DNA from: Rhodosorus marinus CCMP1338
Taxonomy: Eukaryota > Plantae > Rhodophyta
NCBI GenBank assembly: GCA_029953675.1
Contig: JAMWBK010000011.1
Span: 1,378,051 to 1,442,050 of the forward strand
Length of the DNA: 64,000 nucleotides
Reading direction: 5' to 3'
Both the position numbers and the translations under genes were made by a program. The notes under the pieces were generated by a model that searched no databases, had not been told where the DNA came from, and worked only from the letters and a program-made list of their open reading frames with translations. Position 1 is the first letter of the stretch. Every line of letters starts with the position of its first letter. Shown here piece after piece: positions 1 to 13,000 of this stretch.

Positions 1-290
1 TTTTTGGATATCTAACTGCTTTTTTAGGTTGTATAAACAAACGACTGTTTGTTTTCTGTTTTTTTATCTCTAACGTTTTATTTTGATCTCTAACTGCTTT
101 TTTTGGTTGTCCAAAAAAACGTAACTGTTTTTTCTGTTTTCTTAACTCTAACGTCTTTTGTTTTATGTCTAACTGTTGTTTTAAGGTGTAGTTTGCCACT
201 GTCTCCCTACACCTTGTAAAAGAAAGGACTGTTTTTTTCTGTTTTTGTTTTATCTCTGACGGTTTTTTTAGGTTGTAGTTTGTCTCCCTA
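1..290. repeat. Degenerate T-rich tandem repeat, unit about 75-80 bp
   Basis: TCTAACTG(C/T)TTTTT(A/T)GGTTGT and (A/G)ACTGTTTTTTCTGTTTT recur 3-4 times; truncated by the window start. Confidence 0.55.
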
Positions 291-599
291 CACCTCGTGA
301 ATGTGCATGCACACGCGCTGGTTTTTGCATAGCCTGAAGCGCTCCGCAGGGCGTGAAAAGCAAGTTTTCTGGAATCTGCAATAGGCAAATCGAACGAAGG
401 CAAATCAGCGCTGTGCATGGTTTTTTATGCACTGCACTGGTTTGCATACTGCAGTGTCCGCACCGACCTCACACGTTCTCAACTATTGTTTGACTGGTTC
501 TTCGCGTGGCGGAACGAGTGTGTTCGAATTAACGATTTAATCGCAAACTGAAATAAACGTTCAAACGCTCATATCTTGTTCGGATCTCCTAGGCGCTCG

Positions 600-3500
600 C
601 GCAGAGGACCTTCCAGCTTTGGCGATTGCGGCCCATTTTGGGCGCCTTTCCCGGGTTCAGCAGAACCTACTAGATCGGCTCCCAATCAGCGGTTTTCTGT
701 ATTCTGCTCTTAAGGATTTTCTTGCCTCACAGACTTCGCTTTTGGAGACTCATCCTGTTTTTCTTCTTCAGGTGTTTCCCATGGGGCGTCTCTCTGAAGG
801 CACGTTTCCTCTCATGGATGTGGAGGAGCCTCCTGCCATGGATAGTGCTGGCGGGGATCCGGTGGATCCGCTCGCTATCGAGCCGAGCACCCCCGAGGCC
901 TCGGGTGTTCGGCGTCGCGTTGCCGGCTCTTTGGCGGCTGCTTATGCGTCCCTCTAATCTCTGCGTCTCCCTCCGCCCAAGCGTCCTCTTTTTGAGGCCA
1001 GGGGCGGGGGACAATTCTTCTCCTTCCCACCCTGATTGGCATCCCAATGACGCTTCCTCCGGAGTGAGGGAGCAGGATATCCGAGTTCCTCCGGGATCCT
1101 TGCGAGCTCCCTGCTTTTTTCACTCTTCCGGGTAGTTTTGAGGACTGGCGTTCTACCCTTTTCCCCTGGTTTGCGGGGTTCGTAGCCCGTTTCCCTTTGG
1201 GGATATTCCTCTCTGCTCTCACTCCCGCCCACACTCTCACCCTCATTGCTTGCGTAGGCGGGTGTCTTTTCTTCTAGATTTTTTGCTGCTGGAAGTGGCT
1301 GACCATCATCAGGAGCCATTAGGTTGGAAACTAATGTTCATTTTCCCTCGTCTCGTCCTTACGGTCTCAAAAGGGCGTAACACATGCCCTATTCGCGGCA
1401 AAGTTCAAGCTTTTCTAGCTTGAAAGGAAGCAGTGGGGCAGAGGGATATGCGACGGGTTCGTCAATCCTTCAGCATGGCGCGTCAGTCGAACCTTATCGG
1501 ACTGACCTGGCTGACGCAGTCACCGCGTTGTTTCCTGTGCACGACGTGAGTTGGAACGCTGGGTTCCAGACCCCTTCGCCGCCGCTCCGCAGGACACGGG
1601 TCGGGTGTTCGTCCGGTTTGATGAGGTTCAGGCTCTTATCGGGTCCGCTCCGCGACACTGTGCACCGGGTCCCTCTGGATTTCGCGTCGAACTCTTTCAG
1701 TGGTTGGGTGAGGACGGCTTGGACGCTCTGGCTCGAGTGCTTGAGGGCCTTGTCAATGGGGATGACCTTTGTGCGGATGCTTGGACGTAAGTGTCCCGCT
1801 CCCAGCTTGCACTGCTGCCCAAGCCTGGCCATATACGCCAGACACCTTCCTTGCGCCCAATCGGGATGCGTGAGGCGCTGCAGATGCTCGCGAGTCGTTT
1901 CCTCTCGCGCCGGTTCACTCTGGAAGCACGGAGTTTTTTTGGGCTGACGCAGGTCGGCGTCGGGTATTCCGGGGGTTTTGAATTGGTTTCTCGCGTACTT
2001 CAATTGGATGGTCCGCGCGATGAACCTTTCGGTACGCTCTCGGTCGATTTCACCAATGCTTTCAACAGCGGCTCTCGGGTTCATGCGCTGGAGGTTGTTC
2101 GTCAGTTGTTCCCGACAAGGTTCGGTTTCCTGCGGCGCGTCTACGGTGAGGGTCCAAATGGCCCCCGCCTTGACACCTTGGGCGTGGACACTCACACTTT
2201 CACAGCCCATACTGGGGTTCAGCAGGGGGACCCTCTCGGGCCTTTCCTCCGCGCCTGCGGATTACAGTTTGTGTTGTTGCGGCTCAAACACCAGTTCCCC
2301 AGGATCCGTGTCGTTGCCTTTCATGATGACGTGACGCTCCTCGGCACTCCGGATGATCTGGTGCCGGCTTACGATTTCCTCGGGGAGATGGCCACTTCGG
2401 TGGGCCTGTCGATATACCACGCGAAATGTGACTTCTGGGGTGACTCTCTGCGCACCGCTGCAGAAGTGCCCTCAAGATTTTTGGATATCTGGCGCCCAGA
2501 GGGTTTCATCCATTTTGTTGTCCCGGTAGGCACGCTGAGCGTTATCGAGCGCACCCTTGGCGAGCGAATGAGGGAACATGAGTCGCTGCTGGCCGAGTTG
2601 TGTCGGCTCCCTGAAGGGTTTTTGAAGACGGCGATGCCCATCTTCTGTTTCAGTGCGTGCCAGCGTTTGAACTATTTCCTCCGGCAGTTGCCTTCTCATT
2701 GGGGGGCATGGCTGGCCCTTCGAGAAGATCAGCGTGCGCGGGAAGTGTTGGGCTCCTTGCTGGACACGGATTTCTCTACACTTGAAGGCACCGACACGGA
2801 CACCCTCCACCGACAGCTCGCTTTACGCGTCCGGCTGGGCGGGCTGGCCGTGGGGTCTTTTGCGCCCATCCAACCGGCGGCACTGGTGAGTTCATGGGCC
2901 AACTCGCTCATTACGTGGTCTCCCGAGGGCGATTCGAATGTGCGAGGTTTGCTCTGCGGCCTTCGTGAGGGGCGATTGGATCAACTTCTGAGCTCGCGGC
3001 TTGGTGGCCTGTTCGAGGAGTTGGAGAAAGCGCTGCAAGCGTGTATTACCGTACCCACTACTACACTGCCCCGCTATGGTTCTTGGCGGGCAGTTCTGGA
3101 TTCCTTTCACGCCCAGGTCCCGGCGGCCGAGGCGGGTGGCGGACGGATCGCGCAGGATGTTGAGGCAGCCGGAGCTGTCGCTGATGTAAATGTTGATGCG
3201 GATGATGCTGAAACGGATGATGTGACCGTGCCTTCACGGCCGCCAGAGGACTCTGTTTCTGAGTTGGGCCGGGTCCCATCGAGGAACGATGTAATTCAAA
3301 AGGCCCTATCATGGGACATACATCGCAACTCTCATGCCTACCTCCTGAGTTCACCGTCCCCTTCGGCCTCTACTTTGGCAAGCCTCCGCGGTTTGGGAGG
3401 TAGCCTGAGCTCGCATTTTTTTATGGTCATCCCTGCATATCCGCGGTTGGTGCTGGCGGATTTTGAGTTGCGGGTGGCCTTCCGCTTGTACCTGGAGTTA

Positions 3501-4207
3501 CAACAACCCCCTTGGCCGTTTGGGCCAGATTCGATGTGCACTCTTTGCGGCGCTTCTGTGACCGTAGGTGATTCCGGTTTACACTTGTTGGCGTCTTGTG
3601 CGGAGGTCCAGAGAGCCCGAACCCGACGTCACACGCGGATAAATCGTTTGCTCTTTCGCTACCTTTGGTCGCAGGTACTCGGCACGGCCCGGGAGGTCGA
3701 GTATGAAGTTCCTTTACCAGTGGCAGCGGCAATTGAGGGCGAACCTGGTGGTGGACGCGGCAATGTGGTGCAGCGAGTTGCAGATCTTGTGGTGTCTGAC
3801 CTGAATGCTCGTCAAAGCGAGTACATCGACCTTTCGATCCCATGCCCCAAAGCTTCCAGGTACTTGCCAGCGTCCGCCCAGCGTCAAGGAGCAGCCACTC
3901 GGTCGGTGCGGTTGTTGAAGGAGTCCCAGTACGCTGCGGGGATGCCGGAACCCGCCCTACGCGACTCTGCGCTGTCGTATCGGTTTGTCCCCCTCACCAT
4001 CGAATCCTTCGGCTTGGTTGACAGTGTGGGTTCTCGTTGGTTGCGTGGTATTTTTGATCGTGACTCAGAGAGGTCTTGATAGCCTCCTCACGGAGCTGTT
4101 TTTGGCTCTTTGGCGTTGCAACGTTGCTTTGTTATCGGATGCACGTCATCAGCGTCTTGTTTCCCGTTTCTCAGGGTAGTTAGATTTCTAGCGCTACATT
4201 AGGTAGT
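600..4207 (+). mobile_element. Decayed CRE-like non-LTR retrotransposon, D-related (E1)
   Basis: ORF 1791..4079 has RPIGMRE, QVGVGYSGG, VDFTNAFN, GVQQGDPLGP, AFHDD, CTLC..H..C, RTRRH, RVADL..YIDL and FVPLTIESFG. The N-terminal motif WKLMFIFPRLVL lies near 1325 in another frame, and the C-terminus is frameshifted to 4179. Confidence 0.85.
1791..4079 (+). pseudogene. RT/zinc-knuckle/RLE ORF2 remnant of E1
   Basis: RT and RLE motifs as listed for E1; frameshifts on both sides. Confidence 0.85.
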
Positions 4208-6677
4208 TGAACGTGTTGCACCGCATTGATCGCCGGCTTGCAAAACGCATCATCGACGCGCGTTTTCCGGAGTTGCTCCCACTCTATGTGCTTGGGTATG
4301 GTAGTGATTCTGCCGACGGCTCGTACCACTTCGGCTGGCTTCCTGAAGAAAACTCCCCTTCTTCCTCGCGAGATCGATTCTTCCTCCGCTCGCGTACTGG
4401 CGTTCAACAGGGCGATCCCCTCGCACCGGTGCTCCGTGCCCTTGCTCTTTCGCCATATCTTATGGCGATGCGCACTCTCTTTCCCAGCATCACGATGCTC
4501 GGGCTCCATGACGACATTAGCTTGGTTGTCCCCTATTACACCATTCAAGAGGCATTTCACTGGAGTCAAAAGAGTTTTAAGCTCTCTCGGCGCCCGACTG
4601 CAACCGGATAAGTGCGTCCTCTTTGGCTCGCCGCGGCTTGTCAATCACGACTTCCCCGCAGTTGATTTTACGCGGCATGGAGTGATGCTACACTCTGTCC
4701 CTGTGGGCACCCGGGCCTTTGTCATCCGAGCCTGCCGCAAGTTGCAACTACACACGCCAAGCTCGTCAAAGGGATTCAGAAACTCCCAGAAGGCGAGTTG
4801 CAGACGAAGATGGCCCTCTTTCGCTACTGTGCTGGTCCGAGGCTGGACTATCATCTCCGGTGCCTGGCCCTTGTTTTTGGTGCGCTTCTCGCTACTGAGG
4901 CGGACACAATCACAATGCACGAGTTGGACACGTTGTGCGGAGGTCTGCTTATTCTGCAAGGGCTCCCACCGGAAGAGTTGGATACCGTGAAAGTCCAAAT
5001 TCGCTTACCTGGCAAGTGGGGTGGGCTTGGTCTGGCTACGCGCGTTCGCATTCACCCGATTGCTTTTTACGCCGTTTGGCTTCGCACGCTTCAGAATAAT
5101 GTGGCTGACAATACCTTTTTGAGACGTCTGGGCACGGCGTGTCGCGGGGCCGATCCCAACGTGGTTACGGCGCTTGAACCTCTCGCCAGTTCTGCAGACC
5201 ACCTGGAACACCAACTCATGCTCGCCAGCCGATGGACAACTTCTCGCCTCAGCTTCCGCACTTCTGCTCGTATTCGAACGCTCGCACTTTGGTCTAAGGC
5301 GCTTCCAACAGGTGATGCAGTCTCTGCTTCCATCAATCCTCCGCTCGCATGTCCTCTACAACACATACTCTCAGGAGAGCCACCGTAGAGCGTTCGAGAA
5401 TATCGTGGATAATTCCGATCTTGACGATTGCACTCGTGCCCGTGTCCGATCTGCTTCCGGTGCCGGCGCTGGCGGCTGGCTTCGTGACCTCCCTAGCACA
5501 GGGCCTGAGCTCCTTTCCACCGAAGAAATTCGCTGCAGCTTGCGTCTTCTTTTGGGGCTCCCGATACCTGGTCCTCGCACTACCCCTGAGTGCACGGTCT
5601 GTGGCAAACCACACGCGGCGGATGGGACCCAACGCTTATTCCACTGCTCTACTTCGGCCGGGAACTGGACTCTGCGGCATAATCGCATTCATGATGAACT
5701 GGACTTTACTAGCATAGCCTGAAGCGCTACGCAAAGCGTGAAGATGAACTAATAACTAGGGAGGGAAGCATGCAACCCCAGGCGCCGATGGCGCGCCTCG
5801 GAAAGCATGTCGCTGGAATATCGCCAAAGGGAGACACTTAAACGCCTCAAGAGCGTTTGAGCGCCAAATATTCAGTAGGATGCTCAGCAAAACATTTCCG
5901 CAACCACTCTAAACCCGACTTATCCACGTGACCAAAGCTTTCCACAATGAATGGCTGGAACCGGTGAGAGCGACCCTCAGCGCAAGGCAGACTGGCCATG
6001 CTCTCAGCATACCGTCGTTCCTTAACTCAAAAATGAACTTGCGCGTCACTTACGCCGGTGGGCACCTGAATGAGATTCAAGTTGAGCCCTCCGGGTTTTT
6101 TGAGGGTAGTCGACTTCGACCCGACATTGTTGTTCGTCATCACTGCACAGGCAAGCAGCACGTTCTTGATGTCAAGGTGGATTCCCCTCTACGAGTCCAC
6201 CTAGTTGCTCGAGCCACATGTCAAACCGGGTATGCTGCCGCCAACGCGGAGGTCGGGAAGCGAGCCAAATATCGTGATGCCATCGATGACCGCAGTGACT
6301 TCCAATTTGTACCTTTCGACGTCGAAGGGTTTGGAAGACTTGGTCAACCCGCCCAAGATTTCATCAACGAAACTACTGAACACCTTGGACACAAAACAGA
6401 CGCGTGTACTCTCCTGCGTGAGGACCTTAGTCGAGAACTATGGCGTGGTACGGCTAGCTTAGCGATCCGTGCCACGCGCAAAGATGATCATGTTCGGACA
6501 ATGTTCCCTGTTGTTCTGGGAGGCGATCGACAAAGACCAGGCAGACCGATCGATATTCCCACTAGCTAGAAGTTAGATGAGACCCCTGGACAGGGGGTCT
6601 AGGTGAGTTTAGAGCGAAGATAGAGTAGTGGTATTTCGCTGCGGTAGGTAGCTGCCGAATAAAGGCTACGGGGTTAC
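4208..6677 (+). mobile_element. 5'-truncated T-group element (T5b), interrupted by a C-group insertion
   Basis: RT pieces at 4207..4611 (GVQQGDP, GLHDD) and 4798..5722; RLE LRPDIVVRH..VLDVKV at ~6100-6190. 3' end is AATAAAGGCTACGGGGTTAC, followed by telomere repeat. Confidence 0.85.
5699..6027 (-). mobile_element. C-group 3' fragment inserted into T5b
   Basis: Near-identical to 38457-38770. The host reading frame HDEL|KNELAR is split here, with AACT on both sides. Confidence 0.85.
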
Positions 6678-6690
6678 GTTAGTCTGGGGT
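6670..6690 (+). repeat. Interstitial telomere tract
   Basis: GGGGTTACGTTAGTCTGGGGT, identical to the terminal array. Confidence 0.9.
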
Positions 6691-8038
6691 TGACACCTCT
6701 CGCCTGACTCTCCAAGCAGCTACAGGAGTCCAACAGGGAGATCCACTGGGGCCGGTGCTACACGCACTATCCCTGGCGCCCTTTCTAAGAGCGTTGCGAG
6801 CCAAGTTCTCCAACGAAACGATTGCTGCTATCCACGACGATATCACGATTGTCGGGCCGCTACAAGCCTTGAAGGCATCCCTGGCATGGGGAAAAACTGT
6901 GCTCCCCTCTCTTGGAGCACGCCTGCAACTCGGCAAGTGCACTGTGTACGGGCGAACACTGACTACCACGCGAGTGGTCAATCATGAGATTCCTGGAGTC
7001 CAAGTGACCAGAGACGGAGTCACCATCCACTCGATACCGATAGGCAGCCGAGAATATATCGAACAGGAGTGCCGGGGGCTGCAAAATAAGCATGAGAAAC
7101 TCTTTGAGGAAATTGCCAAGCTCCCACAACCGGAGCTTACGACGCAAATTGCCCTCTCCAGGTTCTGTGCGGAAACGCGGTTAGACTATGTTCTACGATG
7201 CCTCGCATACGAATTTGGAAGAACTCTGGCACGCGAGGCCGATGAGATGACCAGATATCATCTGGAAATTCTATTCGGAGGCCTCGCTACGACAGCTGTA
7301 GAGGACGACGAGTACGCAGAGCTGATCTCGGACCAAATCGCTCTGCCCTGCAGCTGGGGGCGGGGGGTTGGGTTTCGCTACTCGAAAGCGCGTCCAACCC
7401 ATCGCGTTTTACTCGTCATGGAGAAACACCTTCCGGAACAATGAAGATGAATGGCCATACCTGACTGAACTAGAGCGGGAGGTTTCGGCAGAACGCTCAC
7501 CAGACACATACGAGCCGACGGAGCAACGATGGTCGACTGCACAGCTGACGGACCAGATCTGTGCATCGTCGCGAGCAATACAACGGAGGCTCGGACCAGA
7601 AACCCCGCCGCGGATCTTGGCACTGACTACCCTGCAACAACCGCCAGAAACATCTCTTCGAAGCGCACCGGGCGAGACTGCAGCTTGGAATAATGGTTCA
7701 ATACAACAAACCCTCTCTCTGGAATGCACAATGGTGTGCCTCTCGAGAGAGAGGCACACCATTGTGCATTCCAAAGGTTGGTCACCAACCCACGAATCTC
7801 CCCTGAAAACCGAGCTTCGAGTCCATAGAGCAAGAGCCTGAGGGGTACTTCGAGAACTACGGACTGCGACCTGACGCGCTTTGCGCGTAGACCAGTTGGA
7901 GAATCCGCTGGTGCCTGTTTTTTCTTTTGAACGTAGCATGAGACCCCGGTAGCGGGGTTCCAGTAAGTTTCTCCCTAGATAGGATTAGACGTAGTGCTGC
8001 GCTGCAGTAGGCAGCTGCCCAGTAAAACTTACGGTTAC
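6691..8038 (+). mobile_element. 5'-truncated, internally deleted T2 element
   Basis: Near-identical to 36668-38455 (reverse strand) and 20500-22983; AIHDD RT motif; ends CAGTAAAACTTACGGTTAC. Confidence 0.9.
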
Positions 8039-8044
8039 TAGGCC

Positions 8045-8660
8045 CGAGGACCAAACAAAGGTATGCGCTGGATGTGACTGCGGTGTCACCATTACAGGGA
8101 AAATATTTGCGGCGGAGCCAAGATGATAGTGGATACGCGGCGAGAGCTGCGGAGAAGTGGAAAATCGCTCACTACAAGGAAGCGATGGTGATCGAGAAAC
8201 TGGATGACAAGTTCATCCCGATAGCGATAGAGACGTTTGGGCGTACGGGGCGAATGGCACAAGAGTTCCTCCGCGACAGCTGCAAACACCTACTGCACAG
8301 GAGTGAGGAGCTGAGAGACGTGAGATCCCAGATAAACCGGCAACTATGGCGAGGTAACGCAGAGACAGCACTAGGCGCTTCGTCTGGGGTTCCTCCGCGA
8401 CAGCTGCAAACACTTACTGCACAGGAGTGAGGAGCTGAGAGATGTGAGATCTCAGATGAACCGGCAACTATGGCGAGGTAATGCAGAGATAGCACTAGTC
8501 GCTTTGCGCGTGGACCAGCTGGAGAATCCGCTGGTGCCTGTTTTTTCTTTGAACGTAGCATGAGACCCCGGTAGCGGGGTTCCAGTAAGTTTCTCCCTAG
8601 ATAGGATTAGACGTAGTGTTGCGCTGCAGTAGGCAGCTGCCCAGTAAAGCTTACGGTTAC
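8045..8660 (+). mobile_element. T2 3' fragments with an internal tandem duplication
   Basis: RLE C-terminus (ORF 8074..8430). The duplicated segment is joined through GTCTGGGGTT at 8382-8391. Ends GCTTACGGTTAC. Confidence 0.85.
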
Positions 8661-9990
8661 CTGGAGCGCCCGTAGGCCGGTTTTGGGAGTCTTGGTGGAT
8701 GATTTTCGAAACGAATTCAACAGCGTCTCGTGGACGCATGCGTTGGAGGTGATCCGACGGGTTTTTCCGGAAGCGTGGCCCATCCCTCTCTGGTCTTTAC
8801 CGAAGGGGGAGCATCTCCTACTGCACCAGGGAGGGCACTGTTTTCCAAGCACGTACTCGAGTCCAACAAGGCGATCCTTGTGGGCCTCTACTTCATACTG
8901 GTGCCTTGCAGCTCGTTCTCCTGCGTCTCGCGACTGAGGTGCCGGCTCTTCGTATCTACGCCTATCACGACGACGCGACCTTGCTGGGCGCCCCTGAAAC
9001 CCTGGCTCGGGGTTCGACCCAGGTCAAAACGATTGCACGTCGAGTAGGTCTGACGGTGGAATCAGAAAAGTGTCGTTTTCTCGCTCCAAAGTGAAGCTTC
9101 GATGGCTTCTCTGCCATCTAATCTACGAATCATTGACGAACGTGAAGGGTCGGAGCACCACGGCGTCGGTTTCGGGAGCAACAACTTCGTCCAAGCCCCT
9201 TGCGAACGAGTTTTGACACGGCACAAGCAGCTCACTGACGCCATTGAGCGCCTTCTAGAATGCATGCTGCAATTGGCCTGCTTGCTTTCCCGCTTTTGTG
9301 CCGGTTCCCGACTCAACTACTGCTTGCGTAGCCTACCACCCGACTGCAGTTCGTGGATCGCCGCGAAGGCCGACGAGATGGCGCTGCACCACTGGGGCAC
9401 GCTCTTGGATGAACCCCTCGATCTTGAAGCTGCTCCCGACAGGGACTTAGTTCGTGCCCAGCTTGCTCTACTGTTGCGGTTAGGGGGATTTGGCGTCGCC
9501 GACCGTTGGCTCGTCTGCTCTCCTGCGGCGGGCGCGTCCTGGGCAACCGCGCTCCGTACCTTGGTGAATTTTCGGATACCAAGTGCCTGCCTTTTGGCTC
9601 GAGCACAGACTAGCGAGGACCCAGTGACCCTTCCGCCCCAGCTTTTGACGATCCATGATGGCCTACAACAGGCGTTCGGCCTAGCGCTTCAGGCTATTCT
9701 AGTAAACCCCAGGCGCACGGGCAATGTCTCTCAAATGAGGTTCTACCGATGAGCGACTATTGCTGGTTGAATATTATTCCGGCTGGCCCTCGGCGGCGGG
9801 CTATAGCAGTGAGGTGGGCGCTGGCCACAGGGCATGTAATCGCGAGGTCAACCTATGCATAATCTATCTGGCCTTTACAAATCTATCTGGACTTACTCTA
9901 TCTAGCGTGGTACCTAGTTTCTAATTCCCTGCTCGCGGGTTTTGCGTAGCTTTAAGGCGATGGTTTCTAGTTTGATTTATATTCAATGCA
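8661..9990 (+). mobile_element. Decayed C-related element (RT fragments plus 3' UTR remnant)
   Basis: DFRNEFNSVS and AYHDD motifs; LLTIHDGLQQAF matches the C-group LLTINDGLQHAF at ~39580. Confidence 0.7.
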
Positions 9991-10030
9991 CAACTTACAA
10001 TGCAATGAAACAATCTTAGCCAAAAGTCCT

Positions 10031-13000
10031 TCAACACCTGGATCGGTTAACTGCGACGATTTCGATATTGTCCGGACAGGTCTCAGAGATGGCGACAGCG
10101 ACTGCCTCGGATAAGCCCTGAATCCGCCTAGAGGAAATGCTCAATACCCCGAGAACCTCGTTTGAGCTGATGACGACGCCATCTGCTTGCTCCCATGAAA
10201 CTCCCTTCGGCTTTTGAGGCCATTCCCAGGATACCTCAAGGATCTTCGGCAGGTTCACAGCAGCATCCTTCGACGAGAAAGTGATCATACAGGCGCTAGC
10301 CGTCTCACCGGAGAGTCTCGTCACGGATGCAACCTTCTCTACTGATACCCTGTAAGAACTGCAACCCGCTTTCGGCTCGCGGGCCACGGTTTCCGGCAGA
10401 AGTAGCTCGGTCGATGTTTCAGCCGGAGCCGTTGTCGGGGACGTCGTAGGAGTCCCAGTATAAGTCGGTGTCGGCGTGGGTGTCTGAGTCGGAGTCGCTG
10501 TCGGTGTCGGGGTTGGAGTGGGAGTCGGGGTCTCATCCGAATCGAAAGAGTTGCACATGATTGGAATTGTCGAGTTGAGGGCGTCGGCAAAGCTCGACCT
10601 CACGTAGCTTCCGGTGAAGTAGAGTCGAATGTTGGTAATGCCCTTGATGTCCTGGAGCCTGGCATCGATCTGATAGTTGCTGAATGGGCTTATGTCGATG
10701 AATTTCTCCGTCGAGAAGACGGCATTTTGTCGGATGTAGTTGGATGCCATCCACTCCTTGATTTCCAGCTCGTCACAAGCAGGTGCACCCCCAAAGTACA
10801 TAAACGTTCGCTTTCGGTTGGCGTGCGTATACTTCTTCACGTAGTACATCGAGTCCTCATCATCTTCCGCCTCTGCAACTCGAGCGACTCCGGACATGCT
10901 CTTGTGCGTGATGTCGACGACTGGACTCGTCTCATCCGACACGCCGTCAAAAACGACAAACATGCTGTTCATCGAGATCATGGGGAAGAAGAGCGGATCG
11001 TCCAGTCCCGGGAGATTGTTGAAAGCCGGATGCGATGGGTCAATGCAAAAATTGATCGACCCCGTCTCCAGAAACTCCGCCCAGTTATCTTCTCCTACTG
11101 TATCCGCTTTGATATTGTAAGGGCCCCAAAAGGTGCCATACTCCATCAGTTGGCCTTGCGTGTAGGTGGTCTCGTACCAACTCTTGAGCGACTTGCGAAG
11201 TTGAATGATCGCGTCAGACGCACAGCTGAAGTATAGGCTCCCTGATGTGTCCAGAAGGGAAGTTTCCCACTCGCAGTTCGCGAGGCTAACGGTGTCTACC
11301 GACGACATCGAGCCCATCATGAGATAGTTCCTCGCGGTGAAGACGGCCTCCAGATCTCGGTGAAAATCGGCTATCAGAAGGTTGTAGTTGGTCTGGTGAG
11401 CGGTCTTAACAGCCGGTGCAGCGGGATTTATCATGTTGTTCTTCATCTCGACCGCCAGTACAGCCACGACGTTCTGGAGGTAGAGCTTTGTCGCGGTGAC
11501 CTGCTTGAGGTAGCTCATATAGGATGAGTAAAGCGCGATGAGGTCGTTCTTTTGGTTGACCCACATCTCCAACCCATCGAATGCCCGAAGAAATCCAGTC
11601 GCCGAGGTGTAGCACTCGGTTTTCATGTACCCCACGTAGTCTTGGAGCTCTTTTCTGTCAAGCGCCACCATCCCGTTACTAATCGAGGTTTGAACATCGT
11701 TAACTTGAGCAGCTAGCGCGACGGCTTCGTCATAGTCGTCCGCACTGTAGACGCTCTCCAGCGGATCCGCGAGCGTCTCTGTACCCTCCGTAAGAAATCC
11801 AATATCGGCCATGATAGCGTCGTAGCTCACTTCATAGTTTGACCAGTCGGCGCTTTCTCCCGGCGAAGGGAAAAAGCCTATCAATTCGTTCGTCAGCGAG
11901 GGTATCGTAGCAAACTTGGGGTTACTGCTCAAGGTCTCAATGCCGGCGAAAACCGCCTTCGTTGTATCACCGAGCGACTTACTGTCGGTAAAACTGCCGA
12001 CTTTGGACATTGCCTTGGTCACTGCGAATGCCGCGTCGAAGACGTTCGCAAAGAAACTCACAAACTGCATCACCTTGTTGAACTTGGCACGCTTTTCGAC
12101 CTTACGCCAGCACTCGTCCATTTTAGCTTGCTGCGACTCCATCGTGCTCTGGTACTTCCAAATGTTCTGATCAGTCACGGACATCGACCGGTTCACCTCC
12201 ATGATCTCCTCCATCAGCGCCAGCTGCTTGGCCAGCTGCGAGTCGATACCCGTCTGCGCGTTGCTCGTCGCGTTGGAGAGGAGCTCCATGGAAGCTTCCG
12301 AATCCTCAACGCTGCTTCGGTAGGCGTCGTAGTAGTACTCCATGGATTCTCCGAGCTGGCGCTGTGTTTCAAGGTAGTCGAGCAGGTACTCAAAGCTCAT
12401 GACGCTGAGCTGGTTGGCATTCGTACCGGAGGAGGTGGTCAACGGATTCGCACCCTTGATAATAGAAATCGCCTTGCCTGCTAGCGAGGTGTACTTGGCT
12501 TTCTCCGTCTCGTCTGAAGTCTGATTGGCCACTAGCTGAGCATTGTAGAGCATATCGGAAACTGACAGGAGAATCATGGTGTACGCGTTTTGGTTTTCTT
12601 CGGAGTCATCGTTGAAGAACATCATATCCAGCATCCTCTTCGAGAGGCTGAGACCGTAGTCGATGTACGCCAACGGCTGAGGAAAGTTTTCGTGGGCAAA
12701 GGACCGCGGATCGTCGTAGTCATTGGTGTCCCACTCCTCCACTTCAGCGCCGATTGTTGCTCGGAATAACATCGGTAGCGGATCGTGAGGCTTCTTTCCC
12801 TTCCACCCAGAGTTGTTTGATATTCCCTTGTTGCCGTGAAGTGGATAACCTGACAATGAAACTGTTTCGTAGTAGTTTACGTTCAGAAATGGGCCCTTCT
12901 GCCATGTTCGCGTGTAGCAGTTCGTCGTGAGCTGGCCCCCTATTCCGGGCTCTCCTGGCTTCCCGCCAGGCCCTCCTCTGCCGGGATTAGATTCACCATT

